Assembly (NCBI GenBank): GCA_001244265.2
Contig: CDLV01000007.1
Span: 1-64,000 of the forward strand
DNA length: 64,000 nt
DNA from: Microbotryum violaceum
Lineage: Eukaryota
Reading direction: 5' to 3'
The notes beneath the pieces are model-generated. The model saw nothing but the letters and a program-made list of their open reading frames with translations, did not search any database and was not told the DNA's origin. This document shows, one piece after another, positions 13,305 to 26,420 of the stretch (positions are counted from its first letter, which is position 1; each line of letters starts with the position of its first letter). The position numbers were made by a program, and so were the translations under genes.

Positions 13305-14480
13305 TCAACTGAAGGCGGCATCGGCTTGGACAATAGCCGGCCGCGGCGGATTGAAGCGCGCTTCGCCCCAATCGACGATGAAGAGTCGACCATCGGCGCG
13401 CTGTAGGACATTGTCCGCTCGCTCATCCCAATGAAACAACCCTTCCTTTTCGAGCAACTCAAACGCCGCCCTAGATGTGTATTGGAGCGACCATCAATCT
13501 TGACAGGCTGCAGAAGTACGGTGTCACACACAAGTGTAGGATGGGACTCACTTGGCCTCTCTCCCGACCGATGAAGAAGAGGAGATCAATTCCTGGTCCG
13601 TAATCCGCTCTCCACCGTCTTCCATCACGAGCACGAACCCCCCTCCATCCCACCCGCTCCTGAAGAGGCCTTGAAACTTGGGAAAGTACGCTTGTGCAGC
13701 AGGGGAAAGCCGATGTACGATTTGCGTGTAGATGAAATACTCGCGAGCGACCGACGTTGCGAACTCGGCTGGAACGACTTTGGCGACGATCGAGACGGGA
13801 TCGTCGTCTTTAGCGACCCATGACGAGACGACTTCGTCCTTTGGCCGCGATCGTCGAGACCACTTTGCCTTCCATACCCTGGCTGACCGACCGTGCCCAA
13901 GCGGAGTGATAAGATCGAGACGATCGAGCTTTGCCGCATCCGCGAGTGACATGTCGAACCAGGGTAGGACATCCGGGACCTTGTCGGCGGCCTCACACAA
14001 ACCGGATCCGAAGAACTGACCCCGACCCAACATCGAAAAAGTCAGAAGACAAGAACACAACAGAAAAGACGAGAAGGCAGAGAAGAAGAAGCGGCGCACT
14101 CACGCTGTCGCACTCGAGTACCACGCCCATCGCGACCATGCGGGAATCCGTGTTGGTTTCGGCATCACAAATAATCTGTCCCATTCTTCAGAGGTCCGAA
14201 TGGGGACGCGCCTCGAGAAAGCGTCTGATGTAACCTCAACACCCACTTGACTACTGTGGTACTCCGGATCGTGCCCAACAACGACAAACTCGACTACCGT
14301 GTCCGGCGTACGACCCAATTGACTGCCGAGCTCCGCCGCGCTGAACGGGTGTTCGGTGGTTCGGCGTGCACCCTCCACGGCTCCACCTGCGACCAGTGTG
14401 ACCTTCTCGATCAAGCTTTGGATGGCCAGATCTCCTTGTGCACGACCGACGACTCACCGACGACAACTGTGACTCGATTG
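13305..14480 (-). pseudogene. 5'-truncated paralog of kinase A (kinase B)
   Basis: CDAETNTDSRMVAMGVVLECDS, LGHGRSARVWKAKW, IVAKV, VAREYFIY, FHWDERADNVL and FIVDWGEA all match kinase A, with shared intron positions. The large first exon is missing. Confidence 0.8.
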
Positions 14481-14630
14481 ACCCGGCGCCGGATTAGGCA
14501 ATCCTACCCGCGCGCGCGACGACCTCCGATCCTGTCCCTGAGCGCTAGTCGACTCCTGGCTCTAGCTACCCTAGTACATTCGCGAACGGAATTAGGTTAA
14601 TCGCGCGAATAGCAGGGCACTTTGGTTCCG

Positions 14631-14794
14631 AACATCGCAACTCTGGTCCCACATCGGAGGCGACTCTGGTTCCACATCGGAGGCGACTTTGGGATCACAT
14701 CGGAGCGGACTTTGGGATGACATCGATGCGGACTTTGGGATCACATCCGAGGTCATTGTTGTACCACGTTCATGGGGACTTTGGTACCACATAG
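14631..14794 (+). repeat. 23-bp tandem repeat, about 7 diverging units (also ~61475-61638)
   Basis: Units such as cacatcggaggcgactctggttc start at 14650, 14673, 14696, 14719, 14742, 14765 and 14788. Confidence 0.85.
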
Positions 14795-14863
14795 TATAGA
14801 CGCCTGTATCTCTTGCAATGTGTGATGTATCACTCTGGGAACAGTAGTTTGATGCATGTATAG

Positions 14864-15317
<454 letters not shown>

Positions 15318-17818
15318 TCATCACCTGATTGTGTCCTATTCTCTGAAGTGCGACTTGACTTCTGATAAATCGCACTTTTCACAATGCATGCATGACCAGA
15401 AATTTCTCGCATGACCCTCAGCTGCGCACCCAACACAGCATCGGACAGTGCAGTAGAAGGCTGTGGGCAAATTGATGGGCAGTGCAATACAGAGGGCAAC
15501 TGGTAAATCTCAGGTTCTATCTGCCATGTGGAGACCCGAGTATTCAAGACGATTTCGATCGCAATGTTGACCATCGGTGGATTTTCCCCGCGCCGGCGGG
15601 TACCCTGACTCAAAAACCGAGCCACTTTCAGTGCCACTACAGTACGATCTGGTGATGACCCCCATTCTTACAAAGAAGATTTCAAGCAAACAGAACCAAG
15701 GAGACCGATTGAGATACCACCAGAAGTGTCATCTGCAAAGGCTTCCTTGGTCGACAGTGGAAACAGTCGGAGGCCAGCAATAGCTCGCAGGCCACTCGTG
15801 CACTCTGATGCGAGGAGGAATAGCAGAGTACTACGAAGAACAACATCGTGATCCTGACTCAATGATGTTCGTCCAGGTGTATACACCCCACTTTTCTGTC
15901 CATGGCTAACTCTGAGCTTCTGTCTTTACGATGTAACAGTAGTACATGTACCGGTGAGAGCACGCAACAGATCGGGTCACACGGCAGAGAGCACATGAAA
16001 GGCGCAGGTGTGATTGGCATCAAAGTCACCTGTTTTTCAGCACCGGGGCAGATATTATTGGTGTATTGTCAAAATCATTCCTCAACATCAAACTAGAATG
16101 AGTTAAATCATACACAAACATCTTGCCAGGGGTATTGAGTACGTCGTCATGTATCTGAAATGTCGAGAGTCCAATGTCGACGCAAACGTACAACTGTCTT
16201 AGTGGCTGCTGCGTGGCTTAAAGTGGCCAAGACAACACCATTGACAAGCACCGAAAAACAGATCGAGTATGGGACCAGTTTAGCCTTAGATCGAGTACAC
16301 ATTAGAGTGTGGGGGTAAATGGAGTCTGATAATTAGCAATGTGATCTCTGCTGAGATCTCAGGAAGTATCAACAAAGACCAGGCACGGACTTCGGGCATC
16401 TGACTGGCCTGACTGCGCACGCTATAAACACCAAACGCACTGGCAGAAATTTGAAAGCGCACTCACTAAGCGCAACCAAAAAGAATGCCCGCTTATCTTA
16501 TCGCCAGCAGCAGAGGACATTCCTCCTGGATCTCTAGCTGACCTGTCAGACCTCCCGCTGCCGGCACTACTGCTGGGCAGTAACTTTTTCAAGCGGGCTA
16601 GAGCGCATTTAAGCGGTAGCCAAGCCCTGCCAGCGTTGGTTGCCTCTCGGTCGTATGGTTGCTACTTTGCATTCCCTGCACTTCCGGGGGAGGGCAATAT
16701 TGTATGACATGAAGAGACACTATTCAATGAAAAGGCAAAAGCACGCGAGCGCTCGCATCATCTGTTTGGATTGAGGCTTTTGGAACAAGAGCCTTCGATT
16801 CTAGCCATTAAAAATTTCACCAAGTTTCGTCATCACTGCCATCATCTTCCGCATTAAAGTCCCACTCCTCAAGCCCAAATGCACCGTTGTCTGTGGCTTC
16901 GATAGAGTAATGACTCAAATCGTCGCTCGAATGATCACTCATGTCAAGTCAACTCCTTCGTTCGTGTTCAAGTTGTCGTCCGTCTCATCAATTGTGTCAC
17001 CAGGGCTGCGGGCAAACGAAGTCAAATCCGGCAGGCCATCCGCTGTCGTTTGCTGAAAAAGTTCAGGTTCGTCGGTACACCAAAGCCGAAGGGCCACGCA
17101 CCCTTCCATCGGTTGTTTGCCCGTGTCTTGGGTGCACTGCCACAGGTAGTAATCAAGGCTCGGGATCGATAGCTCCCGGGCCGATGGAGGAGGGCTCCGA
17201 GTCGGTCGACGGTCCGGACGCGGCCTCGTTGGGTTGCCGTGAATACTGTGGTACTCGGGATCCGGTCGCATCCGCTATTTCAATTTCTCAAGGCTAATAG
17301 AAGTCGTAGCGTCAGTAAGTTCTGGACTTGGGCCTCTCGACGACGAGTCATTTCTGGCGGTCACGAGAGGAGGGAGGCTAAAGCCGGCTTACGGGACTCG
17401 GAGGGAGAGGAAGAGGATGTAATTTTGAACGGGCCTTCACTTTTGCGCCGCAAAGACTCGGAAAATGACGAGCGTTGGTAGGATCAGTAAGGCAGGATTT
17501 GGAAGGAAGAACGCGCCCGATGTGCGGATGAAGCGGTGAAGAGGAATGAACAGAAAGCAGCGGTTTGAACTGCCGGGACGTTTGAGGGGAGTTTTCTTCT
17601 TGTTTTCAGGAAGACTTCCAGGATCAAATACACATTTTTACTCGTCACTCACTTTTTGCGTGTTTCAAGTCTCGTTTGGCATCGTCTCCAGTCTCCGACG
17701 GACCTCAGCGTTTCGTTTTCGAACTCGGTCTCGCTTCGATTCTAACCCCCACTGCAGTCTCTCGTGTCTCGCCTTGGTGTCTTGAAAGTTCTTCGTCATA
17801 CCTTAGCCTTTTCTTATC

Positions 17819-17866
17819 ATAACATCTTTGATCGATAACATCTTTGATCGATAACATCTTTGATCG
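17819..17866 (+). repeat. 16-bp perfect tandem repeat x3
   Basis: (ATAACATCTTTGATCG)3. Confidence 0.9.
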
Positions 17867-18525
17867 CTATACCATAATGCAAGCAGCGTAGCCGGAGGAT
17901 TTTACAAACGCCTCGCTCTTCGGGGACAAGACTGGCTCCTTTCTCGTTCTCGCACGGGCCATGACCTCATCTTGTTCTTTTTCTTTTTCTTCTTCGCACC
18001 CTCCTCTGATCCCGTGGTCGCCCCGCTCTTGATGATTGTGTCAGCCGCCTTCTTCTTCCTCCGCCTCGTGAATTTCTTACGCTTGGTCTTGGTGTCTTTT
18101 TCCTTGTCTTCCCCTACTAGGGACGCTGGATTTGCTTGTGGTAGTGGCGGTGTGTGTCGCAGGGAGCCCATGCTTGAAGCGATGCCGATGAGTGCAAGGC
18201 GGTGGGGGAGGGTTGAAGCTTGAAGGTGGGGGTGCCAGCTGAGGCAAAGGGCCGATTAGCGTAGGCGAGTTAGCAAGTGCACTACTTAGCCGCTATTATT
18301 CTGCCTCCAGGCGCGGGCCATTGGGGGGGGGGGAATGGTATACCATGGCTGTACCAACGTTTTTCTGGGCCAAATTTCAAAAAAGCTGCCTTAACGCGTT
18401 GCACGCGACCTAGTTTTTTTGGCAGGCTTAATTTGACCCGCATAGGTGTCGGCTTTTGCTACAAAGGATTTGACGCGCCGATTCAGGCTCGCGCGCACGG
18501 ACCCTCTCTCCCCCGTGGATGCTAG

Positions 18526-18785
18526 TGGCCAACAGATCTCACAAAGTCGCAGAAGCAACAATTCTGGATTTGGCTCAACAGTCAATGGGCAACAGCGATC
18601 GAAAAGGACGTTCACTGGAAGCTGATCTTCGGGGCGACGCCGACATGCGTCCTGCAACATCACCATGGTCACGCTGCATCTGATGGGTGTCCACAGTGCG
18701 GAGAACGAGACACCTTCATGCACTTCTACTTTGAATGTGACCATTCACGTGAGTTCTGGCGCCTGACCTTGCAGCTGCTGAGGGT
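18526..18785 (+). mobile_element. Non-LTR retrotransposon ORF2 C-terminal fragment (zf-RVT/CCHC knuckle)
   Basis: Manual translation gives FWIWLNSQWATAIEKDVHWKLIFGATPT..DGCPQCGERDTFMHFYFECDHSREFW, containing the CX2CX7HX4C motif. Confidence 0.75.
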
Positions 18786-19058
18786 TGCCCATCGCTCTCC
18801 AACAGCCAGAATTACGAAAGATCGCTCCGACGACGGTCACGACGCGACCCGGTATTAACATCGCGTCCGCTTTGACAGCCGGCCGCTTGGACCCTGCGAA
18901 GGTCCCGACGGCTTGTCGGCTCGGCTCCCTCCGTCTGCATTGCCCCTCTCCTCGCCAGCATGCGCAAGTTCCTTCCGAATCGGGGCCAAGGACGCTGCAA
19001 GGACCCCTTTGAAGCTTTGCAGCTAGCAATATCGCGCTTGTGCCTGTGGGTCCAGGAC

Positions 19059-19800
19059 TCACCAAGTGTTGCCGTCGAAGCCAGCTGGGGGCTCAACGGT
19101 CTGTATGCTCGAGTTGTAGGTGTCAAGGCAGCTGACGACCCGGTGACCATTCAAGAAGAAGATTCGAGCTTGGCCGCGGCTGTTGCGATTGGTGAAGAGT
19201 CTGAAGACTTCGGAACTGGCTTGCGTAGGAAAGAGCTCCTGAATCACGGCACGATGTTGGAGACGAGTCCGAGGGATTTGGTGCTCTCAACACTGCAGGG
19301 AGGCATTGCTGGTGACGGATTTGTGTAAATATAGCCCACTGTGGTGCATACAGACGACGTGATGAGCAAGTTTTCTCAATTGCAGTAAGGGGGTTCGAAA
19401 TGCAACAAGCAAGGTGCTTGCCAGCTTGAAGTACGCGGCGTCGCGTTTGTCATTGACCTCAACATTGCTCAGCCAATCAACGTTATCCGAGATGGTTGAC
19501 TTCAGCTGCTCGACAGAGTCCAGATGTTGCCAGAATGCTTCGGAACTGATTGGCATGTGTTCCACTATCGACGTGCAAGGGGATCGAACCTCGATGGATC
19601 GATAGCCGGTGGCGTACAATTCTCGAGGATCGTGAGTCTTGTTGAATAATGAGCGGGTGGAGCTATTGGGGCGAATCTGATGCGGATGGAATGTTGGCTC
19701 GAACTCGGATACGGCGAGCGTTGCGGTCAGGTCAGGCCGGGTAAATTTGAACGCGAGAAGCTCGCCGACAGTGAGCTCGGCAACAGGAGTCAGGAGACAT
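19059..19800 (-). pseudogene. Decayed ORF of unknown function
   Basis: ORFs 19287-19619 and 19059-19247 are in the same frame, separated by a single TGA. The frame extends upstream and ends at a GTGAGT donor-like site. Confidence 0.45.
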
Positions 19801-22800
19801 CATGATAGCGGCGAATTGCTCATCTGGAATCTCGAGCACGTCGTCTAAGAGCAGTTGAATTCGTGTATCTGGAGGGGCTGCTGTAGATGACATGCTGTCC
19901 TCTTAACCCTCAGCAAGGACACGCAGGGAAGTGCGCAGAACGATGCTCGCGACGTGGCACAAGGTGAGGGTGGTCAGAGGCTGTCAGGCGCGTCTATTGG
20001 CATTTGTTTCACTTCCAGCGCCCTTGATTTGGTGAGCGTCTGTGAGCTCTGTGAGCGTTCGACTCCTGAGAAAAACCCGCCCTCCGTAACAAACGGAGGG
20101 TTTTCTAAACAGGAGTTATGAACAAGTAGGGTGGGAGGGAGGAGCTCAAAAAAAAGGTCGATCGGCTTTGCTCAAAGAGCGCAGGTCCGATTAGTAACTA
20201 AACACTGCAACCGACTTTGGGGGATAGGGCATACCTTTGCTCGAAAAGCGCAGGGCGATGGCAGGGGAGGAAGGCGACGCGGTAGGTAGACGCGGCCAAA
20301 AGAGGTCTGTATACAAGGTAGCCCCATGAGTCAACTTGCCCAACAAGGACAAGGAATTTGGCAACATGCCCAACAAGGACAGTCGTGATCCGGAATGCGA
20401 ACCTTAGCTAGAAACAGCGAGCCGCGATAGTGCGAGTCTCGAAAAGTTCGCCCTTGCTCTAAGCAGTGGGTGCGATACGACCTTGCAAAGCAGCGGGTAC
20501 GGCGGCTGCTTACAACGTAGTGGCAGGCTAGCTCACTCAAAGTGGGTAACATCCCTCGTAAGCCCTCTGCCCTTGTTGGACAGTTGGACTGATGATTAGA
20601 GACTGGCAGGGGGGGTGCCGGAACCACAACACGAAATGCTGAGGCGTGCGGCACGACGAGGGAGAGGAAGGGCCCGCGCGCGCCAGCGGGTGAGCAAGGC
20701 GGGAGGCCCAAGGGGGCCGAGAAGAGTGCGTGCTGGCACAGGGTCCAAAGAATGCGTGTTCGAAGAGTGGAGCGCGAGCGGGCCCCGTTAGGCCGAGACC
20801 AGCGCGCTTGAGCTGTCCGTGTCAAAATCTTGCAGCAAAGGCCGAAAAGACTAGAAGCATTTTTTTGCATTACAATCGGCTCGCGCGTCCAATTTCGTTC
20901 CGTTCAGAAACTCATTCAGACTAATGGACGGCCAGTTGGCCCGCGGCGCGCGCCTACTGATATACTGATCCCAGATCGCCGGTTCACGTGCATTACATCA
21001 CAAACCGTCTCTTCCGTGTACCCATGCCCTCCTACATCATGTTCCAACACCGTCCACGGACAGCACCATCACAATTTTCATATCGATCATGTCAGCGGTT
21101 AGCGCCACGCGGTGCGCCACGCGGTCGGAGTCGAATCGGTCGAATTGAAATGTATCGACTGGCGTATCGGGTCGCGTTCAAACAAGGTGTCAGAGAGATA
21201 GGATCGTCGACGTTATAAGTATCGTCGAGTTGAAGCTCGAGTTGACCGGACAAGTTGGAGTGGCGATTTGGGCAAGGTGGGCACATCGAGGAGGACACAT
21301 GTCAGTTGGGGCTCGCTCGTCCATCGAGTATGGCCGAAGCAAGTTGCCTGGGAGATGGACGGGTCCAGCTGATCATCGATCGTCCGAGTGCCGAACGGTC
21401 CGAGTCGAGACGACGCTGCTCGATGAAGTGGCTCGAGTGCCGAGCCAGCCGAAAACGGCGCAGAACAGTCAAGCTGATCGCAAGGAAATGACGGACTTCG
21501 GGTCGGGAGAAGCCGTATTGGTGTGAGCGATGATTGGGCAGATCGGTGGGAAGCTGACGATGGGTGACCTGCAAGTTGGATCTTGCGCACCAGGGATGTC
21601 GGGCAATGCTGTGGAACACAGATGACATCTCGAATGAAGTAAGGCCAGGATTGACGGGACTTGAGCGCATAGAGACCCAGGTTGAAGATGACAGCCTACC
21701 GAACTGGGGACCTGGCTGATTGAGCTGATGATGTGGATGCGAAGATCACGGGGAGTGCCGAGCTGAGTGCGCCGACACAGATCAAGGCGAGGTGAGGTGA
21801 AGCGTGTCGATAGGAGAACTTGGCAGATGGGTCGAGAATGAGTCGATAGTGGGGTTGGCATTCATGGTGAATAGGTCGGATGGTGACAGTGAGTCCAAGG
21901 CAACCGAGCACGAGTGCGGAGGAAGGTTGGCGGTCGAGGCGGTCGAGGCGGCCATTGCGAGGGTCGAGCGGATGGTCACTTTGCGCGTCGTGGTGATGGG
22001 AGGGGTACGGATAGGGAGAGATCGAGCTGTAGAGGTTTGTCGGTTCGGTCGGTCGACCGATGGATCGGACCAAAGGTCGATGGTGCGGATGGGCGTCGAT
22101 TGAATGTTCGCCGAGTCGAGCAACAGTTTCCGACAGACTCCGAGTTTTCCGCGTCGATGAGAGTCGTCGATGAGACCCGTCGGTTTGATCAAGAGAGATG
22201 CGAGCGGTCGCTCGACGACGCGAGTGAACGATGTGGGGGAGGCGGAGGTGATCCTCGGAGTGAAGCGACAAAGATCGAGTGAGGTGTGCATCGATGCCAG
22301 ACCACAGGAAAGTTGCGCATCTTTTTGGCGGTGCTGATGTGGGTTGCGCACTGTGATCGCAGAGTAGGGTCGAACAAGTCACAGAGCGGTTCGGTGCGAA
22401 GCTCGGATGCCAGCGAGTCGGCCAACGCGCGATCTGAACTAGAGTGATAAGTAGCAAAGACAGACATGAGGTGAGCGAAGAAGGTGAGAGCTTGGTACGA
22501 TCTGAATGAAGAGCTCACCACATTCATCGGTCGAGCAGCGAGAGGGCGACCGGGGTGAACGAGGCGATGCGCTGACCGGGCACGTGTACGACCGAGAACG
22601 CTCGAGCGAAGCATCGACGTGTGCTTGGACGCTGCTGAAAGTGACCACGCCCTCTCAGGGTGCAGTTTCAGTTGTACGGTGTTGATGATGGCAATGTTGG
22701 ACATGTCATTAACCGTGTTGTGCGACGTCGCACCGTGCGCGCATCAGAGTCGGGTCGAGGTGACACGTCGAGCTGCAGTTGGGAGAGATCGAGTTGCATC

Positions 22801-23460
22801 TCGCAGATTGCATGGCGCATGTGAACGATGTGAAAGCATGTGACGTGGACATCCGAGGTAGTCATCGCAGTCAGAGACGTAACCGGTCGAGGCGTCTGAA
22901 GGCGAACGCGAGCACAAGTAGAGGTCCGGGCGCGGGTCAGGATCCGAGTTCGGTTCCGGGCCAAGTAAATGTCACCGTCATCGTCATTGTTCGTGATGGC
23001 TAGGCCGTCTATGTTTTCCCCCACGACGACATCAAGGCTGGGAACGTGGGCCTGGAACATGGACCTGAAACGTGGGCCAACTTCACAGACCCTCACCACG
23101 TCGCTTTCGAGCCATTCTTGGGTGCTGAACATGTTGTTTGTGTACTCAAGTATATGGTTCTCTTGGTGATGACCAAATGTGCGTGGTGAGCTTGTGAGAT
23201 GCGATTGAAGACACGATTCCTCGTGGTTTTGACGGGGTATCCCGTCAAAACTTTGGCTGGTGAGCTTGGACCCATTACCGAAACACATTGTCAATTAGTG
23301 GAATGTAAGGTCTAAGCCAGTGAAAGAGCTAATGTAATGTAACTACCCGCTCGCGCTCCAAAAACCATGCGCCGTGGTCTCGCGCGTCTTTCCCACACTC
23401 ACGCCAGTGGTCGCGCGACCGCGGCGTTGTTGGCGGCAGCCTCACTCATTGTCCGTCCCG

Positions 23461-23877
23461 CAGACCGCCGTGTCCGCACCCGCGACCGACAAGTGGACGG
23501 ACATGGGGTTGCGGTACGCACATGACAATTTCGAAGCTCAAGAGTACTAAAATACCCATGCTATCATGTTCTCCTTGCAGATTCAAAGTGGGTCTACTCA
23601 TACAATTGTTCAACTTGTGTACCTAAAAGCAAGTAGACGGACATGTCCGTACATTTGTTCTGCGCCGAGGACAAGAAGCAGTGGACCGCGCGGGCGCTCC
23701 AAAGTCGTCAAGGCCACAACGACTAGTGTAATTGAGTATACTGAAAAAACAACGCAGAATAGCACAAATCAAGCGTATACAAGCCAGCTGTGATCGTGAC
23801 AGAGTTGCGATAAACTTATCAACGTCTACAAGTCCTCAAGTCTGCCGTGTCTCAGCTCTAGCGCCACGCCGAAGCCC
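23461..23877 (+). repeat. Dispersed ~420-bp repeat, homolog of 9188-9615
   Basis: Colinear similarity to 9188-9615 with substitutions and small indels. Confidence 0.75.
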
Positions 23878-23959
23878 GAAATGGGTTTCCCGGTTCAGCG
23901 CTCTGGGCTCAGGCTTACTCGGTGCACAAAGTTTCACGCTGCACTGCCATCTCGCAATG

Positions 23960-24560
23960 CCCGAGGAATTCCCCGTGCACCTCGATTTGACGGTTTTCGC
24001 CTTGTTGGGGCCTTCAGAGTCGAAAAAGTGGATTTCAGCAGTGCACGAGGAATTTCCCGTGCACCTCGATTTGACGGTTTTCGACCTGTTCCGCCCTTCA
24101 CAGTCGAAAAAGTGGATTTCAGCAGTGCACGGGGAATTTCCCGTGCACCTCGATTTGACGGTTTTGCCAAATAAGTGGATTTCATCAGTGCACGAGCAAT
24201 TGACCGTGCACTATCAACTTCATTTTCACTGGAAATTTGGGGTTCTATTCCAAAACGTATCCCGGAATTGGGCTCTACCCCACCTATGATACCTATATAC
24301 TCAGGAGTCTGTGCCATGTGGTATTTGGCAATTGCCCATATATACAGTGGATTTCAGCAGTGCACGAGCAATCGACCGTGCACCTCGATTTGACGGTTTT
24401 TGGCTTGTGCCGCCCTTCAGAGTCGAAAAAGTGGATTTTAGCAGTGCACGAGCAATTGACCGTGCACTGTCAATTTTCATTTTCACTGGGAATTTGGGGT
24501 TCTATTCCAAAACGTATCCCAGAATTGGCCTGTGCCCCACCTATGATACGTATATACTAC
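23960..24560 (+). repeat. 84-bp tandem repeat with higher-order duplication
   Basis: gaatt(t/c)cccgtgcacctcgatttgacgg starts at 23966, 24050 and 24134. Blocks 24175-24300 and 24430-24555 duplicate each other. Confidence 0.9.
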
Positions 24561-25489
24561 ATCCTTGGACTTGGGTGCATAACTTGTTACATTAGATTGA
24601 AAGATCTAGTGTAACTTACTTTGCACCCTGGCACTTGGACCCCAGCAGGGAGGAGCAGATGATTTGACTTTGATAAGATTCACCAGAAAACTTAAAACCT
24701 TATTCATGCCGTGAATAAGTGGAACTACGTTAAACAGATACATCGAGATCATAAAGGCTTGTACTCTCTTGTTCTACTCGGAGAATCATTGAGAATCTTC
24801 CGTGAGAGGGTACTTGAACTTATGATTAAAATTATCTGGAGTCCATTCTGGCTCTGTAGTAGCATAACAGATAGCTCCTTCTCCTGGTGGCAGAAGGAAC
24901 TGTAACATCTTAGATACACTGAGAACCTTAGCACGGTTTCATATCAGTTGTACTAGACGCTCAAAGAATTCTTTTTCAAATTTTGAGAATTCTTCGACTC
25001 TAGATTGATTATAACTCGTGTACTATGTACATCCAAGTCTTTTGACTTGGACAGCGTTATACACCAGAATTTTCTTCAATTTTCGGTGGCTTTTGGTCTT
25101 CAGATGTATGGGATTACATCGACTCCACTTGCATCAACACGACCTGATGTTACTGAGTCAAAAATATTTTAATATTCAAAACTCATTTGTTTTTCCAAGT
25201 GAAGGTATTACAACTTCCACTACTAGACCTAGTAATGTCTATTAGTCTGCTGGAGGTCAGAGCATCCCTGGAACAGGGGTGCTTACTCAGCTGTCCAGCT
25301 CTTGAGCTCGCACGGACCACCTGACCTCCACTATTAGTCATGGCTGGCCTCTGAGAGATTCCTTCTAAGTCCGAAATTCGGATTAGAATCTATTCTCTCA
25401 TTAGCCTTCTGACTAATAGAATCTGGCAGCTAATGGCGAGTTCTTTCTGGTGAAAAGCCTTAGAAGCGCAAGCGCCTGATGAGTTTGTC

Positions 25490-26420
25490 CTTTGACAACG
25501 AAACAACTGCATTGTAGTGCAGCGCTCTACTCACCGAGTCCAACTCTTCATTCGTCAAGACGACTACCTACTTCAAGTTTCTAACCCACAGAGCCCGTAG
25601 GGACCGGGCATCTACACGTATGCGAACGTGAGGTGGAAGTGACGGCACGACACAAGAGTGGAGAAAGGTTGGTGATACAGACACGCCAACTGTTATAGTT
25701 GGTGCACGCTGCCACCCGCGGCACAGCGCTGAGCGGAACCACCGAAGTTACGACTACCACTGCAGGCGCAACCACTACAGGTTTGAGGAAAGAAAAAATC
25801 GGCTTCCAATCCTCGCCCCCCAGAGTTGCCTCCTCCATGGCTTGAATGCGGCCATGCGCCTCGATGAAATCGTCCACCGGGCGCTCCATCGCCCGGGCCC
25901 ACGACGACTGGTGCTCGGCCGCGAGCTCAGCCCACTTCATGGTGACGTTGAAGGCAGCCGAGACCTGAGCCAGAGCCATGATCGACTGGTCGAAGGGTCC
26001 AAAAACCTTTGTCTTCGAGACCTTGAATCTCGACTCCCACAAGAAAGAACCGTCGAGTCGTGTTTCCTCATGATGGACCAATTCGAGTCACGGGTCCGCA
26101 TCGCAACGGACTCGAAGTACCGGTCAAACATCTCCGAAGGCGACTGTGCGCCTCCGACGATGATCGAGGCCGTCATCGGGTCGACCGCTTCCTTTATGAG
26201 GAGCACATAAGAATAGCGCGCGTCCTGCCATTGCGTGCGCGGCAGGCAGCCGTCGAAGACCAGACCCGCCTCCATCCGCGCCTTGAAACTCACACCATAA
26301 TCCAGACTCACTGGACTTGTTGGTGTCGTGACAGACACAACATGGGGGGATCTTTGCGATCCTTCGCCCACTTGATCGTTTCGGCAGAGATGCTGAACAA
26401 GGCGCCATCGTAAGACTTAA
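25490..26420 (-). mobile_element. Possible internally deleted Ngaro/DIRS-like (tyrosine-recombinase retroelement) remnant with gag-like ORF
   Basis: Frameshifted ORF (25937-26371 plus 25581-26081) ends in a truncated Cys motif, ACTNYNSWRVC, followed by a structured non-coding tail. No RT or YR domain is seen, so the call rests on resemblance only. Confidence 0.3.

Noticed and set aside
14631..14794. CRISPR-like array (also considered for 23960-24560 and 17-230)
   Set aside because: Units are contiguous with no unique spacers, there are no cas genes, and the context is eukaryotic.
17160..17300. Third paralog of kinases A/B (DPEYHS match to 14250-14270)
   Set aside because: The similarity is limited to about 20 nt and does not extend on either side.
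21200..23300. Long overlapping Ser/Arg-rich ORFs on both strands
   Set aside because: There are no recognisable motifs, and such ORFs are expected in GC-rich sequence. The same applies to most antisense ORFs in the track.
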